Source: Eledone cirrhosa (taxonomy: Eukaryota). Taken from it: DNA of 64,000 nucleotides. The notes below the pieces were generated by a model. That model was given only the letters and a program-made list of their open reading frames with translations, was not told where the DNA came from and did no database searches. A program made the translations under genes and the position numbers. This document shows, piece by piece, positions 1 through 15,199 of the stretch (position 1 is the stretch's first letter; every line of letters begins with the position of its first letter). The stretch spans positions 56,172,001 through 56,236,000 of the forward strand of contig OZ024748.1 of assembly GCA_964016885.1 (NCBI GenBank), read 5' to 3'.

Positions 1-236
1 CTCTCTCTATCTTTACCACCAGTCTCTCCCCGCCACTCTCTCTCTATCTTTACCACCAGTCTCTCCCCGCCACTCTCTCTCTATCTTTACCACCAGTCTC
101 TCCCCGCCACTCTCTCTCTATCTTTACCACCAGTATCTCCCCGCCACTCTCTCTCTATCTTTACCACCAGTCGCTCCCCGCCACTCTCTCTCTATCTTTA
201 CCACCAGACTCTCCCCGTCACTCTCTCTCTATCTTT
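1..236. repeat. 37-bp minisatellite, ~6 copies (runs off the window start)
   Basis: Unit CTCTCTCTCTATCTTTACCACCAGTCTCTCCCCGCCA. Confidence 0.95.
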
Positions 237-593
237 CACTCTGTCTCTCTCTATTTAACAACCGTTCTGTATTGGCTTATTTTTACTATTTCTATCATGT
301 CGTTCAGTTCCTCTCATTCACATTTCCACTGTCACAGAGTCCTTTTTCTCTCTGTCTCTATGTCTGTCTCTCTCTCTCTCTCTCCGTCACTCTCTCTATA
401 TTTCACTATGTCTCTCTCTGTCTCACTCTCACTCTCTCTAACTCCCCTGTTTCTGCCCCACCCCCACTCTCTCTCTCACACACATTCTATCATTCTCTAT
501 CTATTTCTTTCTCGCTATCTATCTATCCATCTATCTGTTTATCTTTCTCTCTCTCTCCCTCTCTCCCTCTCTCCCTCTCCTCTCTCTCTCTCA

Positions 594-641
<48 letters not shown>

Positions 642-796
642 TTATATGTCTGTGTCTGTGTGTCTGTGTTTATACAAATAAATATATATTTACAGGTGAA
701 TATAGACATATTTATATATATTATACTCTTTTACTCTTTTACCTGTTCCAGCACTACGGCTGAGGCCATACTGGGGCATCTCCCTTGTTGATACAC

Positions 797-869
<73 letters not shown>

Positions 870-879
870 CATATATATA

Positions 880-1060
<181 letters not shown>

Positions 1061-1061
1061 C

Positions 1062-1172
<111 letters not shown>

Positions 1173-1184
1173 TATGTGTGTGTG

Positions 1185-1308
<124 letters not shown>

Positions 1309-1464
1309 TATGTGTATATATATATATAAATATGTGTATTATATATGTGTGTATGTGTGTATATGTGTATGTGTGTGTGGCCTTGTATGATTTTTTGTTT
1401 TGTTATTGATCCAATCGGCTGCGTCAGCCCTTGACACAAAAATGGAATAAGAGAGGCATAAGCT

Positions 1465-1978
1465 CCATGTATAGAGCTACCATGTAGCACCATATCCCAT
1501 GTCCATGTTTATAGCTACCATGTAGCACCATATGCCATGTCCATGTTTATAGCTACCATGTAGCACAATATGCCATGTCCATGTGTAGAGCTACCATGTA
1601 GCACCATATGCCATGTCCATGTGTAGAGCTACCATGTAGAACCATATGCCATGTCCATGTGTATAGCTACCATGTAGCACCATATGCCATGTCCATGTTT
1701 ATAGCTACCATGTAGCACAATATGCCATGTCCATGTGTATAGCTACCATGTAGCACCATATGCCATGTCCTTGTGTAGAGCTACCATGTAGCACCATATG
1801 CCATGTATAGAGCTACCATGTAGCACCATATGCCATGCCCATGTATAGAGCTACCATGTAGCACCATATGCCGTGTGTAGAGCTACCATGTAGCACCATA
1901 TGCCATATCCATGAGTAGAGCTACCATGTAGCACCATATGCCATGTGTAGAGCTACCATGTAGCACCATATGCCATGT
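1465..1978. repeat. 38-bp (some 32-bp) minisatellite, ~14 copies
   Basis: Unit AGCTACCATGTAGCACCATATGCCATGTCCATGTGTAT. Confidence 0.95.
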
Positions 1979-2126
1979 TCGAATTAACAGAGTTTCTTAC
2001 TTAACTCACCATATAAGGTATGTTCAATAAAATTTTGAAATTGTTTCCGGATGCATCTATATCATAGACTTCACCAAAATTAAGCGTATATTTGCATATA
2101 CATACATATATACCATACGTATACAT

Positions 2127-2159
<33 letters not shown>

Positions 2160-2180
2160 CATATATATATATATATATAC

Positions 2181-2281
<101 letters not shown>

Positions 2282-2304
2282 TATATATACATATACATGT
2301 ATAT

Positions 2305-2338
<34 letters not shown>

Positions 2339-2419
2339 ATACTATATATATATATTATCAATACTATATATATATATATATATAATCATATATTAATATA
2401 TATATACATGCATATTCAT

Positions 2420-2524
<105 letters not shown>

Positions 2525-2651
2525 ATATAAATATATATACATATATATAGAGATAGATATAGATTACCTATATATATATATATATACATATATACATGTG
2601 CCCAAACACACACATACACACACGCGGCGCGCGCGCACACACAGACACATG

Positions 2652-2739
<88 letters not shown>

Positions 2740-2744
<5 letters not shown>

Positions 2745-2890
2745 ATTATACTGCTGCCATCCTGCAGCACCACCTTGATTGGATCGAACATATTGATCCC
2801 AGTATTTATTTATCATGTCTTATAATTATTTTATCGATCTTTTTTTGTTAAACCGTTAAGTTACTAGAGTTGAAAACAGAAACCCACATA
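2740..2890. mobile_element. Degenerate SINE fragment (related pieces at ~725-790, 5680-5810, 5880-6025, 55140-55260)
   Basis: Shared GCCAT[A/C]CTG[C/G]AGCAC...TCGA[A/C]...CCCAG-like motifs; family recognised from memory. Confidence 0.5.
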
Positions 2891-2906
2891 TACACAAACA
2901 GAAAAC

Positions 2907-2942
<36 letters not shown>

Positions 2943-2954
2943 GTATATATATAT

Positions 2955-2992
<38 letters not shown>

Positions 2993-2996
2993 TATG

Positions 2997-3032
<36 letters not shown>

Positions 3033-3070
3033 CATATATATGTATATATATATGTATATACATATATATG

Positions 3071-3163
<93 letters not shown>

Positions 3164-3260
3164 CTATATATGTATATCTATATATGTATATCTATATATG
3201 TATATCTATATATGTATATCTATACATGTATATCTATATATGTATGTATATCTATATATG

Positions 3261-3340
<80 letters not shown>

Positions 3341-3343
3341 GTA

Positions 3344-3393
<50 letters not shown>

Positions 3394-3449
3394 TGCATAT
3401 ATGTAAGTCAATATATGTATGTATATATACGAATATATATATATATATG

Positions 3450-3483
<34 letters not shown>

Positions 3484-3555
3484 TGCATATATGTATGTAT
3501 ATATATACACATGCAGATATATATATATATAAATATATGTGCCTATATATATATA

Positions 3556-3603
<48 letters not shown>

Positions 3604-3661
3604 TATATATATATATATGTGCATATATATATATACATGCATATATATATATGCACATATG

Positions 3662-3692
<31 letters not shown>

Positions 3693-4189
3693 GCATGGAT
3701 ATATATATGCATGCATATATGTATGTATATATATACAAATGCATATATATATATATATATATATACCTGCATATTCTATCCTCTGTCGGTTAGGGGGTTC
3801 TCCATCTCTGTGTTTTTAACATCACCCTCCTCCAAACATCCCACATTTGTTCTCTCACCCTGCTGGCACGCTTTCATACATGCGTATAGAAATACTTCCA
3901 CTCCCTATTCCTCTCTCAATTTCCCTCCATCTTCTATAAAACTACTTTCTTTCGCCTATGTCTCTATCTTTATATTTCCTTTCACAGATCACCCTAATAC
4001 ACTTACCTCACACCAATACTCTAATGCAATATTCGCTAATCAATGTATTGTACTACTCTACGAAAACCCCATCACCGTCAACACATTTCTCTATTTTTTT
4101 CCAGCATTTTCCATTCTCACACGCACACACTCATACACACACAAACACACACACACACACACACACACACGCACTCAGACACAAACACA

Positions 4190-4665
4190 CAAACACACGC
4201 ACAATTATACTCACATACTCACACACACAGACTCACACACATACCCACAATTAGACACACGCATACACACATACACCCACACACACACACTCACACACAC
4301 ATGCACAATTATACACACGCATACACACATACACCCACACCAACACACTTACACACACGCGCACAATTATACACACGCATACACACATACACCCACACTG
4401 ACACACACACGCGTACAATTATACACACGCATACACACTTACACCCACACTGACACACACACGCGTACAATTATACACACGCATACACACTTACACCCCC
4501 CTCATACACACTCTCACACACACACGCACAATTATACACACGCATACACAGATACACACACTCACACACACACACACGCACAATTATATACACACGCATA
4601 CACACATACACCCACACTCACACACACACGCACAATTATACACACGCATACACACATACACACAT
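4190..4665. repeat. AC-rich minisatellite (~40-45 bp unit)
   Basis: Recurrent ACAATTATACACACGCATACACAC. Confidence 0.85.
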
Positions 4666-5010
4666 CACAATCTCTCTATATACTCCAAGATCTCGCTGAC
4701 TCCCTCTCTATCTAGATGTATGATTCTGTTTATGTCTCTACCTGCTACTCTTACGGTAATTATATATTCCACGTCCTTCCCTTACAAACAGATACATCCT
4801 CATCATCGGCCTCCTCACAGATTTTCACTCTCTCTATATCTCTCTCTCTTTCTCTCTCACTTTCTACCCCCCCCTCTCTCTCTCTCTCTCCTTGACTATT
4901 TTTTTCGGAGTTATCTCTATCAATATCTTGATCAATCTATATATATGTATCTATGTGTCTCTCTTTTATACTCTCTTTCTATATATGTATATATAGACGC
5001 ACACATTTAT

Positions 5011-5073
<63 letters not shown>

Positions 5074-5416
5074 AGTTGCTCGCACATTGCTCGGTTTGTG
5101 ATTTTTTTTTTTTTCGCTGTTTTGTTATTGTTTCTCTTTTCTTCCCATTTGCTTTCCTTCCCCCCTTCCTTCGTTTTCCCAATACCTTATCCAGTTATTG
5201 AAGTGGTATCTTGTCTTTAAAGTGTAGAAATATCCTACACCCCCAGTAGACAACTGATGAAGACCCCCCCCCCCCTGTTCTTGCTTTCTTCGTATTCCCA
5301 CTGCATTTTAAGTTACCTTAAATACCAACTACACTACACAGCCATTTCTATTCTCCATATATTTCATTAAATATATATATGTATGTGTATATATTATATC
5401 TCTCTCAATATATAAG

Positions 5417-5450
<34 letters not shown>

Positions 5451-5456
5451 TATGCT

Positions 5457-5512
<56 letters not shown>

Positions 5513-5574
5513 CGTGTGTGTGTGTGTGTGAGTATCTGTATAAGTATATATGTATATATGTATATATGTACGTA

Positions 5575-5605
<31 letters not shown>

Positions 5606-6047
5606 GTACGCATATATGTATGTGTGCATGTATGTATGCATGTGTGTATGCATGAATCATTGTATATATGTATGAATATTTCACTTAGTTACTGCGTTCA
5701 GTAATTATACAATGACCACGCTGGAGCTATGTCTTAAAGGGTTTCTGCCAATCATATCGGCCCCAGGAATTATTTTGAAATCTCGTAAACTTCACATCGA
5801 TCAATGATGTATCAATATGTCACAGGACAAAAGAAAAAAATAATCACCTGAAAATCACAGGCACATACGTAAACACATTCGCCGTGTACCTCTATCAACT
5901 TTTCCTCAAATAGTAAAGATCAAACTCTGTCCAGAGCCGAAGACAGTTGCCTGTTACTCACGCAGTGGGAGTGAACGCTAAAGCATGTAGTGTTGAAGCG
6001 AATGTCTCAACCACACAACCATGCCTGCACCAATGTACACAAACATA

Positions 6048-6127
<80 letters not shown>

Positions 6128-6221
6128 CGAGCGATTTTGTTTGTGTGTGAATATATCACCACAATTTATATATTGTTGATACATATAAACATACCTACAC
6201 GCACGCACACACACACGCGCA

Positions 6222-6281
<60 letters not shown>

Positions 6282-6356
6282 AATATTTATATATGTACAT
6301 ATATATGTACATACATCATTAAATATATATACATATATATATATATATATGGGTCC

Positions 6357-6402
<46 letters not shown>

Positions 6403-6836
6403 TGGGTCCGTCAAACCTTATTATATATATATATATATATGCATACATACACATAATTATAAATATAAGTATGCATATATATATAGGACGTGTTAGGGTC
6501 CGAAATGAAGAAAATAACTATAAGGAGGGTTGCTAGTTCTTAATAAAGAGAACCCGGTAGAAAAACCGTTCCACTGTCAAATGTGGGTATCAATTTCCCT
6601 AGACATCCAATTGTAGAGGTTATAGATACATTTATATAAATATATATATATCTACTAGGGTTAGAGAAGGAGATTATTCAACTACCCACCCACACAACCA
6701 TTATATATATTTCTACATCCATGTATAATAAATCAACATTACATATATATGTGTTCATTATGTGACGAATTCTTCGTCGTTCACCACTGAGGGCATTCAG
6801 TTTCACACACACACACACACACACACAGATACATAC

Positions 6837-6938
<102 letters not shown>

Positions 6939-6946
6939 TTGCATAC

Positions 6947-6991
<45 letters not shown>

Positions 6992-7008
6992 AATATATAC
7001 ATATATAC

Positions 7009-7082
<74 letters not shown>

Positions 7083-7104
7083 TTATATATATAAATATAT
7101 ATAA

Positions 7105-7135
<31 letters not shown>

Positions 7136-7184
7136 AATATATATATAAATATATATATATATATATTTATATATAAATATATAT

Positions 7185-7243
<59 letters not shown>

Positions 7244-7252
7244 TAAATATAT

Positions 7253-7346
<94 letters not shown>

Positions 7347-8029
7347 ACACTTTAATATGAGTCTGTTTATAAGGTGAAAGATGCTGAAATTTAAACTGTC
7401 ACTATTAATTCTGGCACAATTCCCGGGCCATACCAACACGACATTGTGAGATACACAGCAGATAATATTTGACTGACCCAGGATTTACTGCCGAAAATCG
7501 TAACTGTCGTAATATCTGCCGCTCTCCTATAGGTTTCCGTATTACCTGTGGCAGGTGAGACTTCCGGTTTTCATGCACATTGACGCACCTCCTCACTCAC
7601 AACTATCGCAGTGGAATTGCTTACATTATCGCATCTCTCCCACCATCATCCTTTGCTACACGTTCTCAGTTATATGCGCCAGGACCACGACGAGTCCTGC
7701 GCCAGACGTCCTGTAAGCTAGAGAGCGCCACCCACAGACTCCAGGCCCCTATGTTTCTGTTAGCGATGTTTGAGATTACTTTTGGCGGTTAAATGAATTC
7801 GCGTTAATATATTCTAGAGCGTATACTACCAGATTGAACTAAATAACTTTATTTTATTTTGGACTATGTTAAAATAATACAATCCCCATCAGCTTCTTCT
7901 TACTCCACCTGTCTCATTAGAAACATAATCCTGACATTCTCATTACATCTATCAGAATGAGAAGATATATCTATAGTCAAATAATCAAAGGATGAATAAA
8001 AACAAATTAAAAGAATAACAAAATAATTG

Positions 8030-8216
8030 TTTTTACTTTAGGCACAGGGCCTGCAATTACCCCAGTACATTACTGGCATTTTATTTTATCGACCCCCGTA
8101 AGGATGAAAGGTAAATTTAGCCACTGCGGGATTTGAACTCAGAACGGAAAAAGCCATAACGCTATGCTGCAAAGCATGGTCTCTGAAGCTCTACCGATTC
8201 TGTCAAATAACCGCCC
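8030..8216 (-). mobile_element. Nin/Deu-like SINE copy
   Basis: TTTATCGACCCCCGTAAGGATGAAAGG...GATTTGAACTCAGA. Confidence 0.8.
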
Positions 8217-8717
8217 AACAAAATAATAAACAACAATAACAACAAGAAATAATTGTTACGAATAAGATAACAATCTAAGAAAACATCGATGTGATTCGAA
8301 ATTAGATCTTTGTTATTTCATCATAAACTCCCTCTCAATATTTACAGATTCTACCATTTCACTGCTTTATCAAACCATATTGCAAAAATATAGACATTTA
8401 TAATTGCTTACTATATATATATATATATATATATGTGTATTGTGTGTGTGTGTGAGAGTGTGCGAATTGCATATCTAAATATGTACATATATGTATATAT
8501 GTGCGTGGGAATGCATCGGGAAACTCAGAGTACTTCACAGTACAAGGAAGGTATATGCCAGTTTGCCATGTATTACATATATATTTATATGTATACACAC
8601 ATATGTATATATATATATATATATATATACATGCATATATGTGCGTGTGTGTATACACTTATGTATACATGCTTCTATACACACGCACACACATTTATAT
8701 ATATATATATATAAATA

Positions 8718-8750
<33 letters not shown>

Positions 8751-9100
8751 ATATATATATATCCGTATGTGAAAGAGTGTAGGCATGCATATATTTAATA
8801 ATTATGACTTTGACCCCTCCCCAACTAATCTAATCTTATCTAACCATCCCACTTTTACCACTACTATCAATGCTACCACTTTTACAGTCTTTCTACTGCA
8901 GCTGCTAATGCAATTGCTGCAAGAACTGCTGCTACTCCGCTGCTGCACATCTTACCTATGTACACTTACGTACGGTCCCTTCTCTCATTCCACAGAGTCA
9001 ACCTTAGCAGCGACTTTAATCTAAATATATCGACCCCCCCCCTCTTTCTCTCTCTCTCTATCTCTATCTTTAGAGAGCGAGGTAGATAGATACATAGTTA

Positions 9101-9135
<35 letters not shown>

Positions 9136-9161
9136 AGAGTCCGAGATAAATAGATACATAG

Positions 9162-9210
<49 letters not shown>

Positions 9211-9239
9211 TAACTATTTATCTATCTATCTCGCTCTCT

Positions 9240-9287
<48 letters not shown>

Positions 9288-9339
9288 ATGTGTGTGTGTG
9301 TGTATGTATACATGTATCTATCCCATTTTCTGTTTCTCA

Positions 9340-9382
<43 letters not shown>

Positions 9383-9519
9383 TCTCTCTCTCTCTCTTTT
9401 ATTTTCTCTTTCTTACTATTTCTCTTTCTCCCTCTCTCTCTCTTTAGATAGAGAGATAGATAAATACATAGTTAGATGTATATATATATATGTGTGTGTA
9501 TGTATATCTATATGTATAC

Positions 9520-9752
9520 AGCTTCATGGCACAGGCATTGCTTTATATCTAGAGACCTCTCTGCACTTGTCGTCACATGGTACCATGGGCCCAGCACTGT
9601 GTCAATAATTGTCACAAGTGTAGTGTTTGTACCAGAGTTTTCAAGTCGCTGGCTGGACTAAAAAGTCACACTCGTTCAGCGCATCGGTAGGAGTTCTCCT
9701 ACATGGATATATAAAGTAGTGGCCGTACTCGAAAACGAGTTGGCAGCCACCA
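9520..9752 (+). mobile_element. Truncated, inverted third copy of the RTE-like repeat
   Basis: Reverse complement of 29197-29430. Confidence 0.6.
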
Positions 9753-9983
9753 TGTATACATCTATCTATATATCTCTCTCGCTCTCTCATTTTCTGTTTC
9801 TTACTCTCTTTCTCTCTCTCTCTATCTCTCTTTGATGCACACTTACTTACACACATACAATTTGATACATATACATGCACACTCACTCACACACTTGCAC
9901 GCACACCCTTACAGACGTTCTTGCGCGCGTACACAAATATAATATATATATATATATATATTTGTATATATATATATATATAT

Positions 9984-10024
<41 letters not shown>

Positions 10025-10027
<3 letters not shown>

Positions 10028-10243
10028 GATTTCTAATATAGGCACAAGGCCAGCAATTTTGGGGGTGGGGAAAGTCGATTAAATCGACCCCAATGCGTGA
10101 CTGTGGTACTTTATTTATCGACCCCGTAAGGATGAAAGACAAATTTAACTTTGGCGGGATTTGAACTCAGATCATAAAGGGACGTAACTCTATGCTGCAA
10201 AGCATGGCGTCCGACGCTCTACCGATACTGCCAATCCACCGCC
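10025..10243 (-). mobile_element. Nin/Deu-like SINE copy
   Basis: Same motifs as 8030-8216. Confidence 0.8.
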
Positions 10244-10272
10244 CTACAGACATATATATATATAATATATAT

Positions 10273-10402
<130 letters not shown>

Positions 10403-10574
10403 GATTGCTAACAACTAAACAGTCTTATACATAAGACTGTTTGAGTATAGATGGATATGTAGATAGATAGACAAGATAGGCAATATTAAAACAGTGATAA
10501 TTTAAGTAGGTATATATATATATATATGAATATATACATAATCTTATATATACATCATACATACATATATATAT

Positions 10575-10631
<57 letters not shown>

Positions 10632-10675
10632 CATAATCATATATATATGTGTATATATATACATACACAATCATG

Positions 10676-10717
<42 letters not shown>

Positions 10718-10720
<3 letters not shown>

Positions 10721-10871
10721 ACCGTAGAGCAACTATTTATTTATTAAAATAACAGCATAAAGTTTAAGCAAAGAATCGGTGCTTTCACCCTTAGAGTTTC
10801 AGAAGATCCCGTTAAGGGTGAAAGCAGTGATTCTTTGCTTAAACTTTAATCTGTTATTTTAATAAATAAAT
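10718..10871. mobile_element. Family A fold-back pLTR remnant with intact hammerhead core (10795-10845, +)
   Basis: ~55-bp inverted arms, near-identical to 52873-52945; flanked by (AT)n. Confidence 0.75.
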
Positions 10872-10890
10872 ATATATATATATATACATA

Positions 10891-10962
<72 letters not shown>

Positions 10963-11399
10963 CAGAGTGGTTGGAAAGAAACTAATTATATAATTGTAAA
11001 TAACTCTATTAATTATACGTTTATTTTCATAAGATATGTTTTATTTTGAACATATAGACACAAACATCTTGTTTTTTATCGGCTAGGTACATCCTCGACT
11101 GAATTCATGGGGAACCCAGGCGGTATATTGGTCAGTTCTTAACGAATGCGGTGGCCTTATTGAGTCAGACATTTTGATTTTGACCAATAAACTTCACACA
11201 GAACAAAGAAAAAATCCCATGGTGTTAATTAGTGCTTGTTGCTTTCTAGTTACGTGGACCTCGACATTCCAGCCAACATCCTGGAAATTGACCATAAAGC
11301 CATCCATATATGACATAGGGACTTTCTTATCTAGAACTGTTATCTACTGTTCTTTCCCTGCCCTATATAATAATAATAAATATGAAGATTAGAATGCGA

Positions 11400-11447
<48 letters not shown>

Positions 11448-12167
11448 GTGTGCCCGTGTCTGAATGTGTATAAAATTAGTGGTGGTATATTTTATATTTC
11501 AAATGAGTAAATGGCTCATATCGTATTGCTGCAAGATTAATAACATCATATGATTACAAATAAACGAGAGCCCTCATCGGTTTGATGGTGTTTCTTTTAT
11601 GTTGTTAAATATTGAGTTAAGATATGTTACTTAAAGTTTCATATAAACACATAGAAAAATATTCCATGAAGCCATCTAATCGAAAGATCAATCATTTAGC
11701 TTATACTGATGACGTTTAAGTGATGTACTGCCCTATTGCAGTCATACTGCACTACACATTATTTTGTTGCGTTTATTTCCTTCCTTAATTATTTCAGGCC
11801 AGAGTTCGTCTTAGCCAGACTTCCTTCAGATTCTAGAAAATATTCTAACTGTGCACAGCACTGGATTTGAAATAATGTTCAAGCAACATGAAAAATGTTT
11901 CGTTTTTGTGTGTCCTGGTTAAAATGTTGCTTGACTTTGCAATAAAGCAACATCACTAACGTGGAAAGTGGACAATTGGTGCATGGGAAACCCCTGTGTT
12001 TGTAATAAAACACTTTTTATTCACAGAGAATATAACAATTATAGGTGCAGTACCATGATCATCCGTGACCTTAGTGCAATCTTTCTTCGTGTGACTAAGT
12101 ATTAAATATGCAAGCATATATATTTATATACACAGGAATGCATATATACATACATACACACACACTG

Positions 12168-12234
<67 letters not shown>

Positions 12235-12329
12235 CACAGACACATAAATAAATTTATATGTACATATAGGAAACTTGGAGTATAACATATCCATAGGTAC
12301 ACCCATCCGGGCTTTGTCGATGACACCAT

Positions 12330-12465
12330 TCATACATACATGCATATATAGGTACATACATACATGCATATATAGGTACACACATACATGCATATATAGG
12401 TACATACATACATGCATATATAGGTACATACATACATGCATATATAGGTACATACATACATGCAT
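12330..12465. repeat. 24-bp minisatellite, ~5.5 copies
   Basis: Unit CATACATACATGCATATATAGGTA. Confidence 0.9.
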
Positions 12466-12553
12466 CTATACATACACATATCTATTATCCATATCGCGAT
12501 GCCCACGTCTAATTATTATTATTGATATATATATGTATATATATATATATATA

Positions 12554-12636
<83 letters not shown>

Positions 12637-12669
12637 GTGTATACATATATATGTATATATATATATATA

Positions 12670-12747
<78 letters not shown>

Positions 12748-12793
12748 TGTATATATATATATATATATGTAAATGTATATATATGTAAATGTA

Positions 12794-12824
<31 letters not shown>

Positions 12825-12827
12825 TAG

Positions 12828-12948
12828 TGAAGGCGTGTGGCTGAGTGGTTAGAGTATTGGATTCACAATCGTGAGGTTGTGAGTTCGATTCCTGAACCAG
12901 GCGATGCGTTATGTCCTTGAGCAAGACACTTTATTTCACGTTGCTCCT
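12828..12948 (+). mobile_element. tRNA-derived CORE-like SINE head
   Basis: A-box TGGCTGAGTGG, B-box GAGTTCGATTCC, CORE-like GTCCTTGAGCAAGACACTT. Confidence 0.75.
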
Positions 12949-13045
12949 TCTACCTGGAGTTGCGACCGATAGATAGTATTAGCAATTGGAAGGACCAACG
13001 GAAACATAGTTTCCTCGGTCCGATTTGACGAAAGTCGATCGACTA

Positions 13046-13086
<41 letters not shown>

Positions 13087-13110
13087 CATATATATACTAC
13101 AATATACATT

Positions 13111-13154
<44 letters not shown>

Positions 13155-13195
13155 TATATGTATATATATGTATATACATATATATATATATATAA

Positions 13196-13224
<29 letters not shown>

Positions 13225-13226
<2 letters not shown>

Positions 13227-13468
13227 ACAAATGAATTGTAGTAAGGAACCAGATGGATCACAACGCACCAGAGTACTCAATACTTAGGGTAGTAGAGAGG
13301 GAAAAAGGAAGATGTATGACCCCGACGGCAGAGCTCAAGCTGTTTCGACGGCTATTTCTGGACTAAATTAGAATTTTTATTTTCATTCACTATGCTAAAA
13401 ATTCTAATTTACTCAAGAAATAGCCGTCGAAACGGCTTGAGCTCTGCCGTCGGGGTCATACTTCTTCC

Positions 13469-13472
<4 letters not shown>
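13225..13472. mobile_element. Family B fold-back pLTR remnant carrying the hammerhead 3' half
   Basis: Arms 13305-13377 and 13397-13470. GAA-ACGGC-TTGAGCTCT-GCCGT-C gives stem III plus a GUC site. Lies in (AT)n. Confidence 0.7.
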
Positions 13473-13520
<48 letters not shown>

Positions 13521-13556
13521 AATATATATATGTATATATTTGTATGTATATATATG

Positions 13557-13607
<51 letters not shown>

Positions 13608-13610
13608 TTG

Positions 13611-13681
<71 letters not shown>

Positions 13682-13724
13682 GTATATATATATGTATATA
13701 TATATATATATTTATATATATATG

Positions 13725-13798
<74 letters not shown>

Positions 13799-13849
13799 GA
13801 TATATATGTATATATATATACATATATATATATACATATACGTATATAC

Positions 13850-13887
<38 letters not shown>

Positions 13888-13978
13888 ATATGTATATATA
13901 TATATGTATATGTATATATATATGTATATGTATATATATATGTATATGTATATATATAAATGTATATGTATATATATG

Positions 13979-14013
<35 letters not shown>

Positions 14014-14014
14014 G

Positions 14015-14059
<45 letters not shown>

Positions 14060-14159
14060 AAATATATATATATATATATGTATATGTATATATATATGAA
14101 CAAAAAACACACAGTCCACGCTGTAATGTGGCCGTGTAGGTAACACGGTAAAAACCTTT

Positions 14160-14336
14160 CAGTCCACGCTGTAAACGTGGTTGGTGTTAGGAAGGGCATC
14201 CAGCCGTAGAAAACCCGCCAGACAATCCTATACGAGCAAGACAACTAATCTTGCCTCAAGTAGGACCATTCCCATCCAAACCCATACTAGCGTGGAAGAT
14301 GGACGTTAAACGATGATGATGATGATGATGATGATG
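14160..14336 (+). mobile_element. LINE (RTE-like) 3' end with (GAT)n tail
   Basis: AGGAAGGGCATCCAGCCGTAGAAAA...GGACGTTAAACGATGATGAT. Confidence 0.65.
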
Positions 14337-14435
<99 letters not shown>

Positions 14436-14465
14436 ATGTGTGTGTATATATATAAATGTACATAT

Positions 14466-14615
<150 letters not shown>

Positions 14616-14626
14616 ATGTGTGTGTA

Positions 14627-14683
<57 letters not shown>

Positions 14684-15199
14684 TTATATATAATGTATAT
14701 AAATATATAGACAGGATAGTACATCCATTCTGCCATCTGCCCTAATATCTATCCATATACACATCCACGTATACTTACATACAAACATCTATGCATATAT
14801 ATTTACGTACATACTTACATGCTTAACTCCAACCATACAGCCCCCATCTATCCTATAGTACATATATATATATAAGAAAGCCAGAAACGACAAGCTTCTC
14901 TTCATCTACTCTCAGACTTTAGATGGCAGATGACTCACAGAAAAAGATGCCGTATAGAAAATGTCGATGAGTTTATAAAGTAGATGTGTAGATGATGACG
15001 ACTGTGGCGGTGAAGCTGTCGATGTCGACGACGTCGACCACGACAGCGGCGGCGGCGGTGTTTGTGGTGCTGGTGATGGCGAGCATAGAAGAGAAACGTC
15101 GGGAATGGGATGGGAATTTCTGGGGGGGGGGTAGGAGGAGGGGGGTGAACAGCAAGGGCTGTTTAGCGGTCTGAGGGGTGAGGATCATGGCAGCCAATG

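Noticed and set aside
1465-1978. CRISPR-like appearance of palindromic repeats
   Set aside because: No unique spacers, eukaryotic context and no cas genes.
5254-5275. CTGATGA hammerhead core
   Set aside because: No stem II or GAAA follows.
11040-12100. Possible further 3' exons of the STING-like gene (acceptors near 11330 and 11832; also 17054)
   Set aside because: Phases or motifs are not convincing enough to assign.
12828-12905. tRNA gene
   Set aside because: The A and B boxes run into a SINE core and no complete cloverleaf forms.
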